NCBI GenBank assembly: GCA_965215515.1
Contig: OZ244057.1
Coordinates: 1,312,001-1,376,000 of the forward strand
Reading direction: 5' to 3'
Length of the DNA stretch: 64,000 nt
DNA from: Oligoflexales bacterium
Lineage (GTDB): Bacteria > Bdellovibrionota_B > Oligoflexia > Oligoflexales > JAPPIL01
How positions within the stretch are numbered: the stretch's first letter is position 1; the number at the start of each line of letters is the position of its first letter. The notes beneath the pieces are model-generated. The model was given only the letters and a program-made list of their open reading frames with translations, was not told the DNA's origin and did no database searches. Position numbers and translations under genes: made by a program. Of the stretch, positions 1 through 11,308 are shown in pieces.

Positions 1-2073
1 ATCGATTTCGTGCGCAAAAACAACCCCCGTGAGATTCTCGCACGCCCGTTTCAACACCAGAAAATTAAAGAACACCTACCCGCTACCGCGATCCTGTTGA
101 GCCCCCTACCAGAAAGCGTCATCGGCGATGACGAGCAGCGTGAACAGATTTTGCAAAAAACTTTTGCAACGACTATGCTCGCCCCCGTAGCGGAGGATAC
201 GACCACACGGGTCAACCTCGCCGCCTTCGCACTGTATCTGCAACAACACCGCTGCCCGACGGATAACTTCCTGCACCTTAAACCGCTGCACGACAAACAA
301 GAGATGGATTTAGCAGCTAACGTCGTGCGTGATCTGGAGCTCTTCACCACCATCCAAACCCGTAGCACCAAAGGCAGCCTCTACCATGTGGTCAACCACA
401 CCCTGACCCCGATGGGAGCACGCCATTTGCGTTATGCACTGGCACACCCGCTGAGCGCACGTCGCCCCCTGCGAGCAAGACAAAAGGCGGTGGACGAGCT
501 GGTAGCGTACGGCTACCAAGCTTTGCAAGACTTGCGTCAGCTGCTACAGGGATTTCCCGATCTCGAGCGCCTGAGCAATCACGTGCTCAACAGCAACGTG
601 CAGCCCGCCCAGCTAGCGGCGGTGCTCACCGCACTGGACAAAGCCAGTGCCCTAGCCACCCAGCACAGCATACCCGCGCTGGACAAGGAGCAGCGCGGCA
701 TGCATGACATCCAGCAGCTGCTGCGCACCGCCCTCCTCGATCGCCCCGCCCGCTTGGGAGTGGGAACGGAAGTCTTCCGCCCCCAATACGATCAGGCGCT
801 AGGACAACACCTTGCTCTAGCTGACAACGGCGAAGCAAAGATCGCCGCCTACGAACAAGAATTGAAAGACAACACTGGCATCGTCAGTTTGAAAATAAAA
901 AAACATCGGCAGCTAGGACTGGTAATCGAAGTAAGCAGGGCACAGATGACGAAAGTGCCTGCAGACTTTGTGCTACGGCAGAGTATGGTCAACTGCCAGC
1001 GTTACGTGACCACCGCATTGGTCGCTCTCGACAACGCCCTCGACAATGCCCTCGCCCAGGCGGTCACAAGGGAAGAAGAACTGTATCGGCAGCTGTTGGC
1101 ACAGTTGTGCAACCATCAGCAGACTTTGTTGCGGGTAAGCACCGCGGTCGCGAGCTTCGATTTGCATCAGAGCCACGCCTTCTTGGCGGTGAGAGAAAAC
1201 TGGTGTCGCCCGCAACTTGCCGATGACATCGCCTTGCAAAGCTGTCGGCATCCCGTAGTGGAAAAACTGCTCGGAGAACACCGTTTTGTGCCCAACGACA
1301 TTGCCCTAGCCACCGCTGCGAAGACGATGCTGATAACGGGGCCTAACATGGGCGGCAAATCAACCGTCATGCGACAGATCGCCCTGTGTGCCGTGTTGCA
1401 CCAGAGCGGGGCGTACGTGCCCGCTGCCAGTGCCAGTATGCCATGCTTCGACAATATCTTTACACGTGTCGGCGCATCCGACAACATCACCGCGGGACAG
1501 TCTACCTTCATGGTGGAAATGCTGGAGACCGCTACGATTCTGCGTGCCGCATCGTCACGCAGCCTTGTCATCGTCGATGAGATAGGGCGAGGCACTTCCA
1601 CCGCGGACGGCCTGGCATTGGCACAAGCAATTCTGGAAAGCCTAGCTCGCCTGCGCTGTTTCTGTCTGTTTTCCACGCATTTTCACGAGCTAGTCCCCGC
1701 CACCACCAAACTCAAAGGGATCAAGATCGCACACACCGAAGTGCAGCAAGACAGCACCTTCACGCATAAACTTATTCCTGGCTCGTGCAGCAATTCGTTC
1801 GGTATCGCAGTCGCTCGCCAAGCGGGTGTCCCTCCCCCCGTCTTGCAACGTGCCACCAAATTACTGCAACGAAACCGTGACACCCTCTTGCCTGCCACCG
1901 ACGGTTATCTACCCAGCGCACCGCATCAGGACAACCAACTGCTCCAGATATTGGCACGTCGTTTCGATAAACTGAACATCTACCAGACTACCCCCCTGCA
2001 AGCTTTAAACCTCGTCAGTGACATCAAAGCCATGTTCAGCCGCACCTCGCAACAGCCGCTGCTACGCGATTGA
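1..2073 (+). CDS. mutS: DNA mismatch repair protein MutS (5' end outside window)
   Basis: Walker A ITGPNMGGKST, FTRVGASD, STFMVEM, DEIGRGTST and STHFHEL motifs; frame open to window start. Confidence 0.96.
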   Translation: MDFVRKNNPREILARPFQHQKIKEHLPATAILLSPLPESVIGDDEQREQILQKTFATTMLAPVAEDTTTRVNLAAFALYLQQHRCPTDNFLHLKPLHDKQEMDLAANVVRDLELFTTIQTRSTKGSLYHVVNHTLTPMGARHLRYALAHPLSARRPLRARQKAVDELVAYGYQALQDLRQLLQGFPDLERLSNHVLNSNVQPAQLAAVLTALDKASALATQHSIPALDKEQRGMHDIQQLLRTALLDRPARLGVGTEVFRPQYDQALGQHLALADNGEAKIAAYEQELKDNTGIVSLKIKKHRQLGLVIEVSRAQMTKVPADFVLRQSMVNCQRYVTTALVALDNALDNALAQAVTREEELYRQLLAQLCNHQQTLLRVSTAVASFDLHQSHAFLAVRENWCRPQLADDIALQSCRHPVVEKLLGEHRFVPNDIALATAAKTMLITGPNMGGKSTVMRQIALCAVLHQSGAYVPAASASMPCFDNIFTRVGASDNITAGQSTFMVEMLETATILRAASSRSLVIVDEIGRGTSTADGLALAQAILESLARLRCFCLFSTHFHELVPATTKLKGIKIAHTEVQQDSTFTHKLIPGSCSNSFGIAVARQAGVPPPVLQRATKLLQRNRDTLLPATDGYLPSAPHQDNQLLQILARRFDKLNIYQTTPLQALNLVSDIKAMFSRTSQQPLLRD

Positions 2074-2106
2074 GCGGCAAGTGGACGCGGGATGACCGAT
2101 AGCTGC

Positions 2107-3357
2107 TCAGGATTTTTTAACTTTCACCGCACAGAGCAACACACCACCGCCGATGAACAGCATCGAGATAAAGGCGAGCGACAGGCGAGGATCGCCTGTC
2201 CAGTAGGCGACTTGCCCCATGAGAAGAGGGCCGATGATGGTGGCGAATTTGCCCATCATGTTGTAGAAGCCAAAAAACTGCGTCGCGTTTGCTTTCGGGA
2301 TAAGGGAAGCGAACAGCGAGCGCGACAGACATTGCACCCCACCCTGCACCAGTCCGATGATGCACGCGAGGACATAAAACTCCAGTGCGGTGTCCATGAA
2401 ATAGCCGTATATGGAGGTGGCGCAGTAGGTGGCCAGTGCGATCAGAATACCGATTTTGGCGTTCAAGCGAGCGGCGATCTTGCCGAACGCGAGTGCCGCG
2501 GGAAAACCGACAAACTGGGTGAGCAACAGCGCCGTGATGAGGTCTTTAGCTTCCAACCCGATCGACATACCGTAGTCGATGGCCATGACGATAATTGTAT
2601 GCACCCCATCGATGTAAACCCAGTAACTGCATAAAAACAGCACGATAGTCTTGTGTTTGTTAATTTCTTTTATCGTCTGCCACAGCTGTCGCGATCCCTT
2701 GTGCAACGCGCTGCCGAGGGCGACCGCATCGGGGTTGCGATCCTTGACTGTTACGAACAGGGGCACGGCGAGCACCGTCCACCAGCACGCCACCAGAGGG
2801 AAAGCCATTTTCACTCCTACCACACCATCGGCAAGACCGAAGAAGTGAGGATACCTGAACATCATCACATTGAGGAGAAAGAGCAGCCCACCCCCCAGAT
2901 AACCTAGGCTGTAGCCGAGGGCTGACACCCTATCCATATTCCTTTGCGTAGCAACGTCGATGATCATGGCATCGTAGAAGATGTTGCCTCCCAGGTAGCC
3001 GATCGTTCCCAATCCGTAGAGACATGCGGCAGTCAACCAATCACCCTCAGTGACGGTGAACAGCAGGGCGGTGGTAATTACACCGAGCAAAACAAAGATG
3101 GACAGAAACCCCTTCTTGGAGCTGGTGTTGTCGGCAATTGCCCCCAGTAGCGGCGCGAGGATAGCCACGATGAGTCCCGCGCCGGAGCTGGTCATACCCA
3201 GATGCAGGGTGGAAACGGTGACATCGCTGCCCGCATGCCAGTACTGTTTGAAAAAGATGGGGAAGAAACCTGCCATGACCGTCGTGGCGAAGGCCGAGTT
3301 TGCACAATCGTAGCATGCCCACGCGACTATCTGTTTGCGGGAGGAAGGCTCAGCCAT
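2107..3357 (-). CDS. MFS transporter, UMF1/ATG22-like family
   Basis: ~12 hydrophobic segments; N-terminal WACYDCANSAF, GGVQCLSRSLF and FFGFYNMMGKFA motifs. Confidence 0.88.
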   Translation of the reverse strand: MAEPSSRKQIVAWACYDCANSAFATTVMAGFFPIFFKQYWHAGSDVTVSTLHLGMTSSGAGLIVAILAPLLGAIADNTSSKKGFLSIFVLLGVITTALLFTVTEGDWLTAACLYGLGTIGYLGGNIFYDAMIIDVATQRNMDRVSALGYSLGYLGGGLLFLLNVMMFRYPHFFGLADGVVGVKMAFPLVACWWTVLAVPLFVTVKDRNPDAVALGSALHKGSRQLWQTIKEINKHKTIVLFLCSYWVYIDGVHTIIVMAIDYGMSIGLEAKDLITALLLTQFVGFPAALAFGKIAARLNAKIGILIALATYCATSIYGYFMDTALEFYVLACIIGLVQGGVQCLSRSLFASLIPKANATQFFGFYNMMGKFATIIGPLLMGQVAYWTGDPRLSLAFISMLFIGGGVLLCAVKVKKS

Positions 3358-3502
3358 GAGGGGGATTCCTTACGTGGAAGTAGTGTACTGTCTGCCATAA
3401 ACCGAGAGGTGCTAGCTACTACAGCCGTGCCAGGTAGCCAAGAAAAAAAACATCCTGGGATAACTTCCCGTGCTAATTTGCTTCCCCTGCGGCTGGCTAA
3501 TC

Positions 3503-3511
3503 TGTTATAAT
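3503..3511 (+). promoter_or_regulatory. Extended -10 promoter (TGnTATAAT) for tRNA-Asp
   Basis: TGTTATAAT ending 13 nt before the tRNA. Confidence 0.65.
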
Positions 3512-3524
3512 CACCTCGTCTCAT

Positions 3525-3600
<76 letters not shown>

Positions 3601-3626
3601 CTCTACCAGCGTACACACAGGATGTA

Positions 3627-3652
3627 TCCTCACCTGAGTTTTCAGGTGAGGA
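3627..3652 (+). terminator. Hairpin after tRNA-Asp (putative terminator)
   Basis: 11-bp perfect stem TCCTCACCTGA-gttt-TCAGGTGAGGA; weak U-tail. Confidence 0.55.
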
Positions 3653-3662
3653 CGTGTTGTTG

Positions 3663-3724
3663 ATGCAGGTACCCCCGTAACCTTTGTCGATAGAAAAAAT
3701 TAGTCAGGCACTACAAAAGGAGAG
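3663..3724. repeat. Left copy of 62-bp direct repeat
   Basis: Matches 12734-12795 with 3 mismatches; 44-bp perfect core 3672-3715. Confidence 0.95.
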
Positions 3725-3904
3725 TGGAGTTGCCTCATCCTTCTGGAGGGTGTATTGTCTGCTTTTCACAGGGCGGCGGATGCCTCTTTAACGAGAACTC
3801 TTGCCTATCTGTGGGGAGGCTGTTAGCCTTGACATTGACAATGGTTGTTGTCTGTGCTAGAGGTCGGGGTGCTTTTTTCCGATGGGATAGATAGGAGGTG
3901 CATA

Positions 3905-4123
3905 GTGAGCAAGATCAAAAATTTCAAGAACAGACAGGAGTTTGAGCGTGCCTTTCTGCCAGAATGGAAGGTAGTGGAGTTGAGAGAGACGGCCGATGCC
4001 TTCTCTGCCCTAAAGCGCGAATCTGATCAGAAGATTGCTGGTTTTGATCTCAAGTATCCCATTGGTGCTGGTCATACCATTTCCCCGCCCAAAAGCTACA
4101 TTGGTTTAAAAACAGTCTGCTAG
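3905..4123 (+). CDS. Small hypothetical protein
   Basis: AGGAGG SD upstream of GTG at 3905; 72 aa. Confidence 0.5.
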   Translation: MSKIKNFKNRQEFERAFLPEWKVVELRETADAFSALKRESDQKIAGFDLKYPIGAGHTISPPKSYIGLKTVC

Positions 4124-4137
4124 TTTGGCTGATATAC

Positions 4138-4314
4138 ATGCCTGGTTGGTCTGATACTATCAAGAGAATTACAGAGGGTGGCAACCCCCGCTTTGCACTC
4201 AGAAAGCATCTCGGCAAGCTTTCTGAAGTGCGCGGCGGCAGGAACGTAATTGTCTATTCTTTGGGCTTTATGCTGTCGTTGTTTCTACCAAACAACCTGT
4301 CGATTATGCCTTGA
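4138..4314 (+). pseudogene. N-terminal fragment of SDH-family ClpP-fold serine protease
   Basis: Manual translation MPGWSDTIKRI...RKHLGKLSEVRGGRNVIVYSLGF resembles the family N-terminus (MPxW...RNVIAYYSGF); runs into convergent gene. Confidence 0.55.
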
Positions 4315-4760
4315 ACGTGTTTGCTCAGTTTACGGCCTAAAAAGATAGCTCCAGCAACAAGTATCGCCGCCAACTCCACAAAAGCAGAGGCTTTTTTGAT
4401 TTTTCCTTTTGATATTACTTTAGGTACTATATTTAATTTTTTTAGAGTTTCAAGGATTATTATTGTAGTTCTCTTACTAGTTTTAGAGATGGCCAGTAGA
4501 TAGGCAATGATACTTTTGCTATCATCACTAGATCGGGCATCAGGTATACGATCAACGATTTTTTCGCTGCCCATAACCCTAGCCACCTCTTTCCTCTTTT
4601 CTTCTATCTGCTCACTGGTTAAAGCTTCCCCGACAAATAACTTGCAATCACGTGGCAGCGCTATCCCTAAATCATACCACCCATTGAAAGAGAACCCCAG
4701 CAATTTTGTGGTTTTCTCTGCTTTAGTGTTAGTATGGTGATAGATATTAAAATTTTGCAA
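4254..4760 (-). CDS. Hypothetical protein with C-terminal hydrophobic segment
   Basis: 168-aa ORF directly downstream of 4767-5360; start uncertain. Confidence 0.5.
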   Translation of the reverse strand: MQNFNIYHHTNTKAEKTTKLLGFSFNGWYDLGIALPRDCKLFVGEALTSEQIEEKRKEVARVMGSEKIVDRIPDARSSDDSKSIIAYLLAISKTSKRTTIIILETLKKLNIVPKVISKGKIKKASAFVELAAILVAGAIFLGRKLSKHVQGIIDRLFGRNNDSIKPKE

Positions 4761-4766
4761 ACCAAA

Positions 4767-5360
4767 CTAATACAGAGTGGATGCAAGGCTTGTATTGAGT
4801 GTTCTAGTGCTACGCATTCCTAGCCTCTTAAACATTCTTGTAAATCCCATGGCATTGATATCAAACCTATAACTATTTATCCCTTCACCAGCAACAAAAA
4901 CCTTAAGTTTTCTATGTTCTTTCAGCAGACTGATAAAATAACTTGGATAGCTAACATTTTTTGATACTGGCTTAATAAGCTGTATCTTTGAACTGCCGTA
5001 GTTAAGTTTTCCCAAAAAGGAAAATTTTCTTCCTCTAGCTTTCACACTAACGACATAAAAACTACCCCTGCTTCTCCACCCTTTAACCACATGTGATCCG
5101 TATTCCATAAGACAAAGCCTGATACCTTCTGATTTACTAATCTGAATAAACCCTAGTAGGAAACTACCAGTAGTAGCAGAGTTAGAAAATGTCCCCCTGA
5201 AATCAGAAGTAATATAACGCTGTGGTAGTCTATCCCCAAACTCATCTGTATAGTTATCTAACTTCCAGACTCCACGTGTTACATAACGACTTTTCCCGTA
5301 GGTTGTTGAAATTGTCAGTGCCCCTAAAATCAGGGTAGCTGTGAAAAGGTAATTGCGCAT
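4767..5360 (-). CDS. Secreted hypothetical protein
   Basis: Signal peptide MRNYLFTATLILGALTISTTYG, AGAGG SD, DEFGD...GTFSNSAT motif. Confidence 0.75.
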   Translation of the reverse strand: MRNYLFTATLILGALTISTTYGKSRYVTRGVWKLDNYTDEFGDRLPQRYITSDFRGTFSNSATTGSFLLGFIQISKSEGIRLCLMEYGSHVVKGWRSRGSFYVVSVKARGRKFSFLGKLNYGSSKIQLIKPVSKNVSYPSYFISLLKEHRKLKVFVAGEGINSYRFDINAMGFTRMFKRLGMRSTRTLNTSLASTLY

Positions 5361-5433
5361 TAATTTTGCCTCTTAAGTAAGATTATCTTCCCCTAGTACC
5401 ATACTTGATGCTAGTCACAACACTTGATACGAC

Positions 5434-5448
5434 GCAATTCTTGTGCCA
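5434..5448 (-). promoter_or_regulatory. Sigma54 -24/-12 promoter
   Basis: TGGCAC-AAGAA-TTGC on minus strand, ~75 nt upstream of ATG 5360. Confidence 0.65.
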
Positions 5449-5539
5449 CACTAATATGCTGATAAATCAGGCAGTTATGGCTACAACTCTCGTAAAAAAC
5501 TATACACTGTCTATTTATTGGCCTCCTAGTGTTACAGCG

Positions 5540-5882
5540 CATAGCATTGATGACCTGCAAACTCTCCGTAAGATGATGATCCACTTGTCTATAAGGTTTG
5601 GCGAAAAAGATTTGCTGGATTCGATCTTGAGAAAAACAACATCAAAACTATGTATGCAAAGAATTTAAAATCAGCAAAGAAAATTGTTTTGAAGCTGGAG
5701 AAAAACTCTGATGACTATATCATGTTGATCGACAACGAGTTGGGAGACAAGGAACTGACGGGGATTGATTTTGTCGAGCAAATGAAAATACATGCTCGAT
5801 CTATCTTAGTTACATCCAGTGGCAATAGTGATTATGTGTATGAGAAATGCTCGCAGATTGGATTAACTATAGTGCCTAAGAA
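5540..5882 (+). pseudogene. Response-regulator receiver domain remnant (frameshifted)
   Basis: IDD...LR in one frame, then LIDNELGDKELTGIDFVE...SILVTS...IVPK in another. Confidence 0.5.
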
Positions 5883-7967
5883 GAACTTTTTGATATTATC
5901 AGAAATTTGGTCAAGTGGGAAAATTCTAGCAACCAAGTAGTGCTAGACCGTGCACACAAGGCAATCACGATTTCGTGGCAAGAGACATGCGCACTCAACA
6001 AAGACCATCCTGAAGCCAAGAAGTTATTCAATCCCAAGCAACTGCCTGCCTTTCACGATCCCTTTGCAGGGGGCGGAGCAATTCCACTCGAAGCTAAGCG
6101 TCTCGGTCTGACAAGCTATGCCTCTGATCTCAATCCTATTGCTGTGCTAATCAACAAAGCTATGCTCGAACTGCCAAGTAAATTTCCGCCTGAACAACTT
6201 GCCCAAGACATCAAAAAATACGGCGAGCAATTACGTCAGCAAACACATAAAAAAATCGGTAAACTCTATCCACCTGTAGAAATTACTGTGGCAATGTGCA
6301 GAAAAAGACCAGACCTGCAAAAATATCGTGGGCAAAAGCTCACACCCATCGCCTACCTGTGGACACGCACGGTCAAAAGCCCTGACCCCGCTATCAGTCA
6401 TATCGATGTGCCCTTAATGTCAACCTACATTCTCTCGACAAAAAAAGGTAAGGAAGTATACCTCGAACCCATCGTCAAGGGCACACACTATCAATTCACT
6501 ATTCATAAAGGTGAACCACCACCTGAGGCAAAAAACGGAACAAAGGTCGGACGTGGTAATTTCCGCTGCTTAATCTCCAACACACCTATCAACGTCAAGT
6601 ATGTACGCGAGCAAGGCATGGCAGGCAAGATGAACGCCGTGCTCACTGCTATAGTATGTGAAGGTGAACGCGAAAAAGTCTATCTCGGTAGTGCTGAACT
6701 GCAAGAACAAGCAGAATGGCAAGCTACTGAGAGCCTGCTGACAAAAAAATTATGCAAAAATTTCAGCAAGCTAGCCGACAAGTGGCAGCCACAACAACAC
6801 ATAGTTGGTAAAAGTGCCATAAATGTTTCGTTGTATGGTTTTAATCACTATGGCGATCTTTTCACAACAAGACAACTAGTTGCACTGGCAACATTTGCGG
6901 AACTATTGCAGGCATTGCACAAGAAACTAAGCACATCACATAGCAAAGACTATGCCGATGCCATCAATACCTACCTTGCTTTTGTAGTAGATAAATGTGC
7001 GGACTATTGGTTTTCGATCTGTATTTGGCGTTCATCTGGGCAGAAGATAAGTCACACATTTGGGAGGCAGGCGATTCCAATGTCCTGGGACTTCGCTGAG
7101 ACTTGTCCCTTCTCTAATTCAACGGGCAACTGGACAGCGATGCTCGACTGGCTCTATAAAGCAGTCAACAATTTACCAGCTGGTGGTAAAGCCGTTGCTA
7201 AACAAGCAGATGCATTACAGCAAAACATTTCCAAACATAAAATCATCTCCACCGATCCACCCTATTATGATAATATCGGCTATGCTGACCTGTCAGATTT
7301 TTTCTATGTCTGGTTGCGGCCGCTACTCAAAGACACACACCCTGAATTATTTCGCACCTTGAGCGCACCGAAAGACGATGAGTTGATCGCTGCACCACAT
7401 CGTCATGACAACAATAAGACAGAGGCTAACTGTTTTTTCAAAGATGGCATCAGTGCTGCGCTAAGAAATTTTCGTGTCCATGCTCACCCTGCTTTTCCTG
7501 TCGTTATCTACTATGCTTTTAAACAATCCGAAAGCAACGGCTGGGAAACATTTCTTGAAGCCATCATAAACTCTGGCTTTACCATCGGTGGCTCTTGGCC
7601 GATGCGTACTGAACGAACTGCAAGGCTTAGAAATATAAATTCCAACGCCCTCGCGTCATCAATTATTTTAGTGTGTAAGAAACGGCCAGCTTTAGGAACA
7701 ACAATTTCTAAACGCGAGTGGCAGCGCGAGTTGCGTAAAGAGTTGCCTCGTGCCATAGCTGAAATGACGAGTGGCAACAATCCTATCGCCGCGGTAGATT
7801 TTGCCCAAGCCGCACTCGGCCCTGGTATGCAAATTTTCTCGCGCTACGAGGCGGTATTGTCACAAAACGGGGAAAAGATGAGCGTGATGGAAGCACTAAG
7901 GACGATCAACAATAAACTCGCCGACAGCGAAGTGTTTGATAAGGATACAGCTTTGATAGAAATTTGA
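5883..7967 (+). pseudogene. DUF1156-family adenine DNA methyltransferase, N- and C-terminally truncated
   Basis: HDPFAGGGAIPLEA (motif I) and TDPPYYDNI (motif IV); homology starts abruptly at ELFDIIRNLVKWEN just after an in-frame TAA (5877) and ends at FDKDT. Confidence 0.8.
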
Positions 7968-7977
7968 GGAGCAAGTT

Positions 7978-8181
7978 ATGAAAATTTATTTTGACGAAAA
8001 ATCTGATGCCGTTTTCATTCGTCTCAATGAAAGCAAAGAAATTGCTGATTCTTGCGAGGTAGAGAAAGGTGTTGTGCTTGACTTCGACGATAACGGCGAA
8101 GTCATTGGCATTGAAATACTCAACGTCAAGAGACGTATTCCGTTGCAGCAATTGAAGGAACTCAAGTTCAAGATTGCCTAG
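7978..8181 (+). CDS. DUF2283 domain protein (putative antitoxin-like)
   Basis: MKIYFDEKSDAVFIRL...VLDFDDNGEVIGIEILN; GAGGAG SD. Confidence 0.88.
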   Translation: MKIYFDEKSDAVFIRLNESKEIADSCEVEKGVVLDFDDNGEVIGIEILNVKRRIPLQQLKELKFKIA

Positions 8182-8463
8182 CTCCTCTCTGCAGCCCTTC
8201 GGTATGCGGTAGCAGCCGCAGCAGATTGATTTTACCATGATCTTTCGGGTGCGCCGCAATGGTCGAGATTTTGATCTCTGGCCTGTTACTTTCACTGCTG
8301 CCGATGGTAGAAATGTTAATGCTGAGTTGCATTGTGATGATCGGGTGTTACTAAACTGCAGTGTGCAAAACGATCTTATCGAAATTGCCAATACCTGGGG
8401 CAAAGCCCTAGCTGCGCAACGGGTACAACACGGTTTGCACAAGAACAGCACGGCAGAAGACTT

Positions 8464-9400
8464 ATGAAACTCACAGAGGTAAAGAAAGGCATTAGAGTTA
8501 CTGGGCTTGAAGGCAACACAGCTGCGGAGATAGTAAGTGTTGATACGTTCAGTGACAATTTTATTAGTGTTGTTTACCGCAATGGCGAAGGTGTGTTGCG
8601 GGAACGAATATGGTAACGAGTTGAAAAGATCAAAACGTTTTCAGTTTGGCGAAAAAATTGGTGCACACACACGCCATCTATTGCTGATGACAGCAACTCC
8701 ACATAATGGCAAGGAGGAAGATTTTCAACTGTTCCTCTCCCTGCTTGATAGTGATCGTTTTTATGGTAAGTTTCGTGATGGTGTGCATAGTGTCGATGTT
8801 AAGGACATTATGCGTCGCATGGTCAAGGAAGACTTGCTGAAATTTGATGGCACAAAACTTTTCCCTGAAAGAAGAGCTAACTCAGTCAAGTTTGAGCTAT
8901 CAAAACTAGAAAGCATTCTCTATAGCGAAGTAACAGAATATGTTCAGCATGAAATGAACCGTGCTGATAGTCTCAATGAACAGAATAAGCGCAAAAACAC
9001 CGTTGGCTTTGCTCTTACACTTTTGCAACGCAGGTTAGCATCGAGTCCACTTGCTATCTATCGCTCGCTACAACGACGTAAGTGCAGATTAGAAGAAAAA
9101 ATTCGCGAAGGCGAATCAGTATTGCGTGGCAAAAGTTTTTACAAAGATATTTCTAGTGCCATGCTTGTGATACCTGCGGGCTTGTTGGCGAGGTTATCGG
9201 ATAATCACGGCTTTACAGCTGATGCCGAAACACGCCAGCAGCTTGAAAAAATAGGTATGGATGCGGTAATGCAAAAAGAAATGGTTGCTGGTAATGAAGT
9301 GTTTGATGTTTCAAAGGAACATCCTCTTGGAACTTTCCTAGTTCGACATGTTACCAGAGAAGATGATGTCTCCTTCTTTCATTTTCGTGTGGGAATTTGA
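8464..9400 (+). pseudogene. SNF2-family helicase (DUF3883-type), internally deleted remnant
   Basis: N-terminal 50 aa at 8464-8616; core piece [16 protein letters not shown]...LQRRLASSP; then jump to C-terminal [11 protein letters not shown]...DVSKE; Walker A/DEAH and HELICc absent. Confidence 0.8.
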
Positions 9401-9435
9401 AGATGGATGACAAGCATATTCCCCACCCTCCAACT

Positions 9436-10102
9436 TCAATCAGCACCGATTGGATTGTCCCTTATTGCATCGATAGCATGAGAAATACTATGAGAAAATA
9501 CGACACCAGTGTTCATGTATATCTCCAGTGGCATGCGTATTCCATCCCCCATATCAATTGACATCACGCCTCTTTCATCACCAGCAACTACGGACTCTTT
9601 CCCCTCTTTATAACCACTAATGACTGATGCGACGCAAAAGTTACTTTGCGGCTTACCGTTCTCCTTGAAAATAACAGGCCCGCCAGAAAATCCTGGATTA
9701 TTGTGTCCGTCTAGCAAAATTTCCTTCTTTCTACATTGCAGAAAAAGCGAAACGGTAGCTCGTTTTATTAGGGGCAGGGTTGAACCCTATGTCCATGCCT
9801 AAGTTAAAACCCATTCCGTAAGGAAACCCCAAGAAGAACACATCCTGACCATAGGCAATCCCTGGTGAGCTTGAGGGAAATGGACATGGTGGAGACAGCT
9901 TTTCCTTGGGAGCCAAAACGCAAATATCCTCTCCTTCTGACACAAAGCCGACAAACTTTGCCACCAGAGGCATCCACCTACCCCTATGTAAAATTTCTAC
10001 CTGCTGAAGATTATTCATATGAACAGAGTTTAGACAGTGCCTTGCTGTACAAAGGTATTGCTTATCATCAACATCTATTGTGAAGGCTGTAAAAGATGAC
10101 AC
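9436..10102 (-). pseudogene. Trypsin-like serine protease, frameshifted
   Basis: TARHC (His) and EDICVL (Asp) in 9731-10102; NPGFSGGP (Ser) in 9436-9717; frame change near 9780-9800 (LPLIKRATVS continues in second frame). Confidence 0.8.
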
Positions 10103-10389
10103 GGGGTTTTGAGACAGAATATCCTCCGAGCAAGATCTGTGAATTCTTTGTGTACCACGCTACGCAAAACCATTTTTTATCACCCTGAAAATAACACCCA
10201 CCTAGTATGCCATCCTCCTGCATGAGGTGACTTAACTTGTGGCCTATATCTATGTCAAGCACTAAACAATAGTCGGCATACGTCGATGGTTGCAGTTCAG
10301 CACTAATAATCTGGAGATGCAAATACCACTTTGTAATACAGTTTAGCCACAGCTGGCATCTATCTAGGCATGTGGGCGGAGCAAAGCCG

Positions 10390-11308
10390 TTACTCGTCAT
10401 ATTCGGCAGCTTGTCGCAAAGAAAGAAGTTCCTCCTTGAGTGGTGGGCTGACTGCGCTGTCTGGTTCGGCAAGCACTAACATCTGATAGGCATCGAGAAA
10501 TTCGCTTCTAAGACGGTGAAAAAAATGCAAAAAATGTCGCAAAAAGCCAATGCAGTCAAGCACTGCTATTTCTATTCCTCCGAGATGTTCATACTTGCTG
10601 CGGGCGTAGTCAGCTACACGTGTCTCGATAGTTTCTGTCGTAACAAAAATATAGTTATCAATTCGTGCTATGTGTGCAGAAATTTTTTTCACCGCTAAAT
10701 CAATCTCCCCGTGGTGGTGTAGGCTGCTGCTATCACAGAACAGGCAAACGACTTGCATTGCGGCAAGCAAGGTGCTGGCTAATTAGAGTAATGATTTCTT
10801 CTGATGATAGTGACATACCATCCTTATGCTTACCCACTCTTGCTAACAATGAGTCCATGCGCATTTTTCTTTCGTCACGCATCTTGCACAACAGGCGGAT
10901 CGTATCTGTCAAAATATCCTCTGCCGTTTCTCGTTCTAAAGCAACATCTTCAAGTAGTTTGAGTGTGTCACGATAAACCCTGCTTGGCTTGCCAACCAGA
11001 GTAACGCTTGTTGTCAGTGGACGATTGATGTTGCGCAAAGCAGGCGCAAGAAACGCAGTGGTAGGATTGCAGGGGAGGGCGTACTTATTGATAAACAACG
11101 TAATATATTGTTCATCATACATCCGTCCAGAAAAAGAGGAACTGCCGCCTATTTGTGTATACGGTTCACGCGGATCAATATGCTGACGGTCAATTTTACC
11201 CAACATGCAAGCCATCAATAACCATACACACGCTCTATTAGCCAAACACTCAGTGACATATTCTAGCCTTTGCAGGCTTGCAGCACTCTTTACCCGCGGC
11301 ACAGCTGA
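10390..11308 (-). pseudogene. Type II restriction endonuclease (SacI-family-like), disrupted
   Basis: FSGRMYDE, LPCNPTTAFL, SRLPVL, LDCIGFLRHFLH motifs; frameshift ~10735 and apparent deletion ~10708; adjacent to MTase. Confidence 0.65.

Noticed and set aside
8237..8467. 76-aa ORF upstream of the helicase remnant
   Set aside because: Could be another fragment, but I cannot assign it
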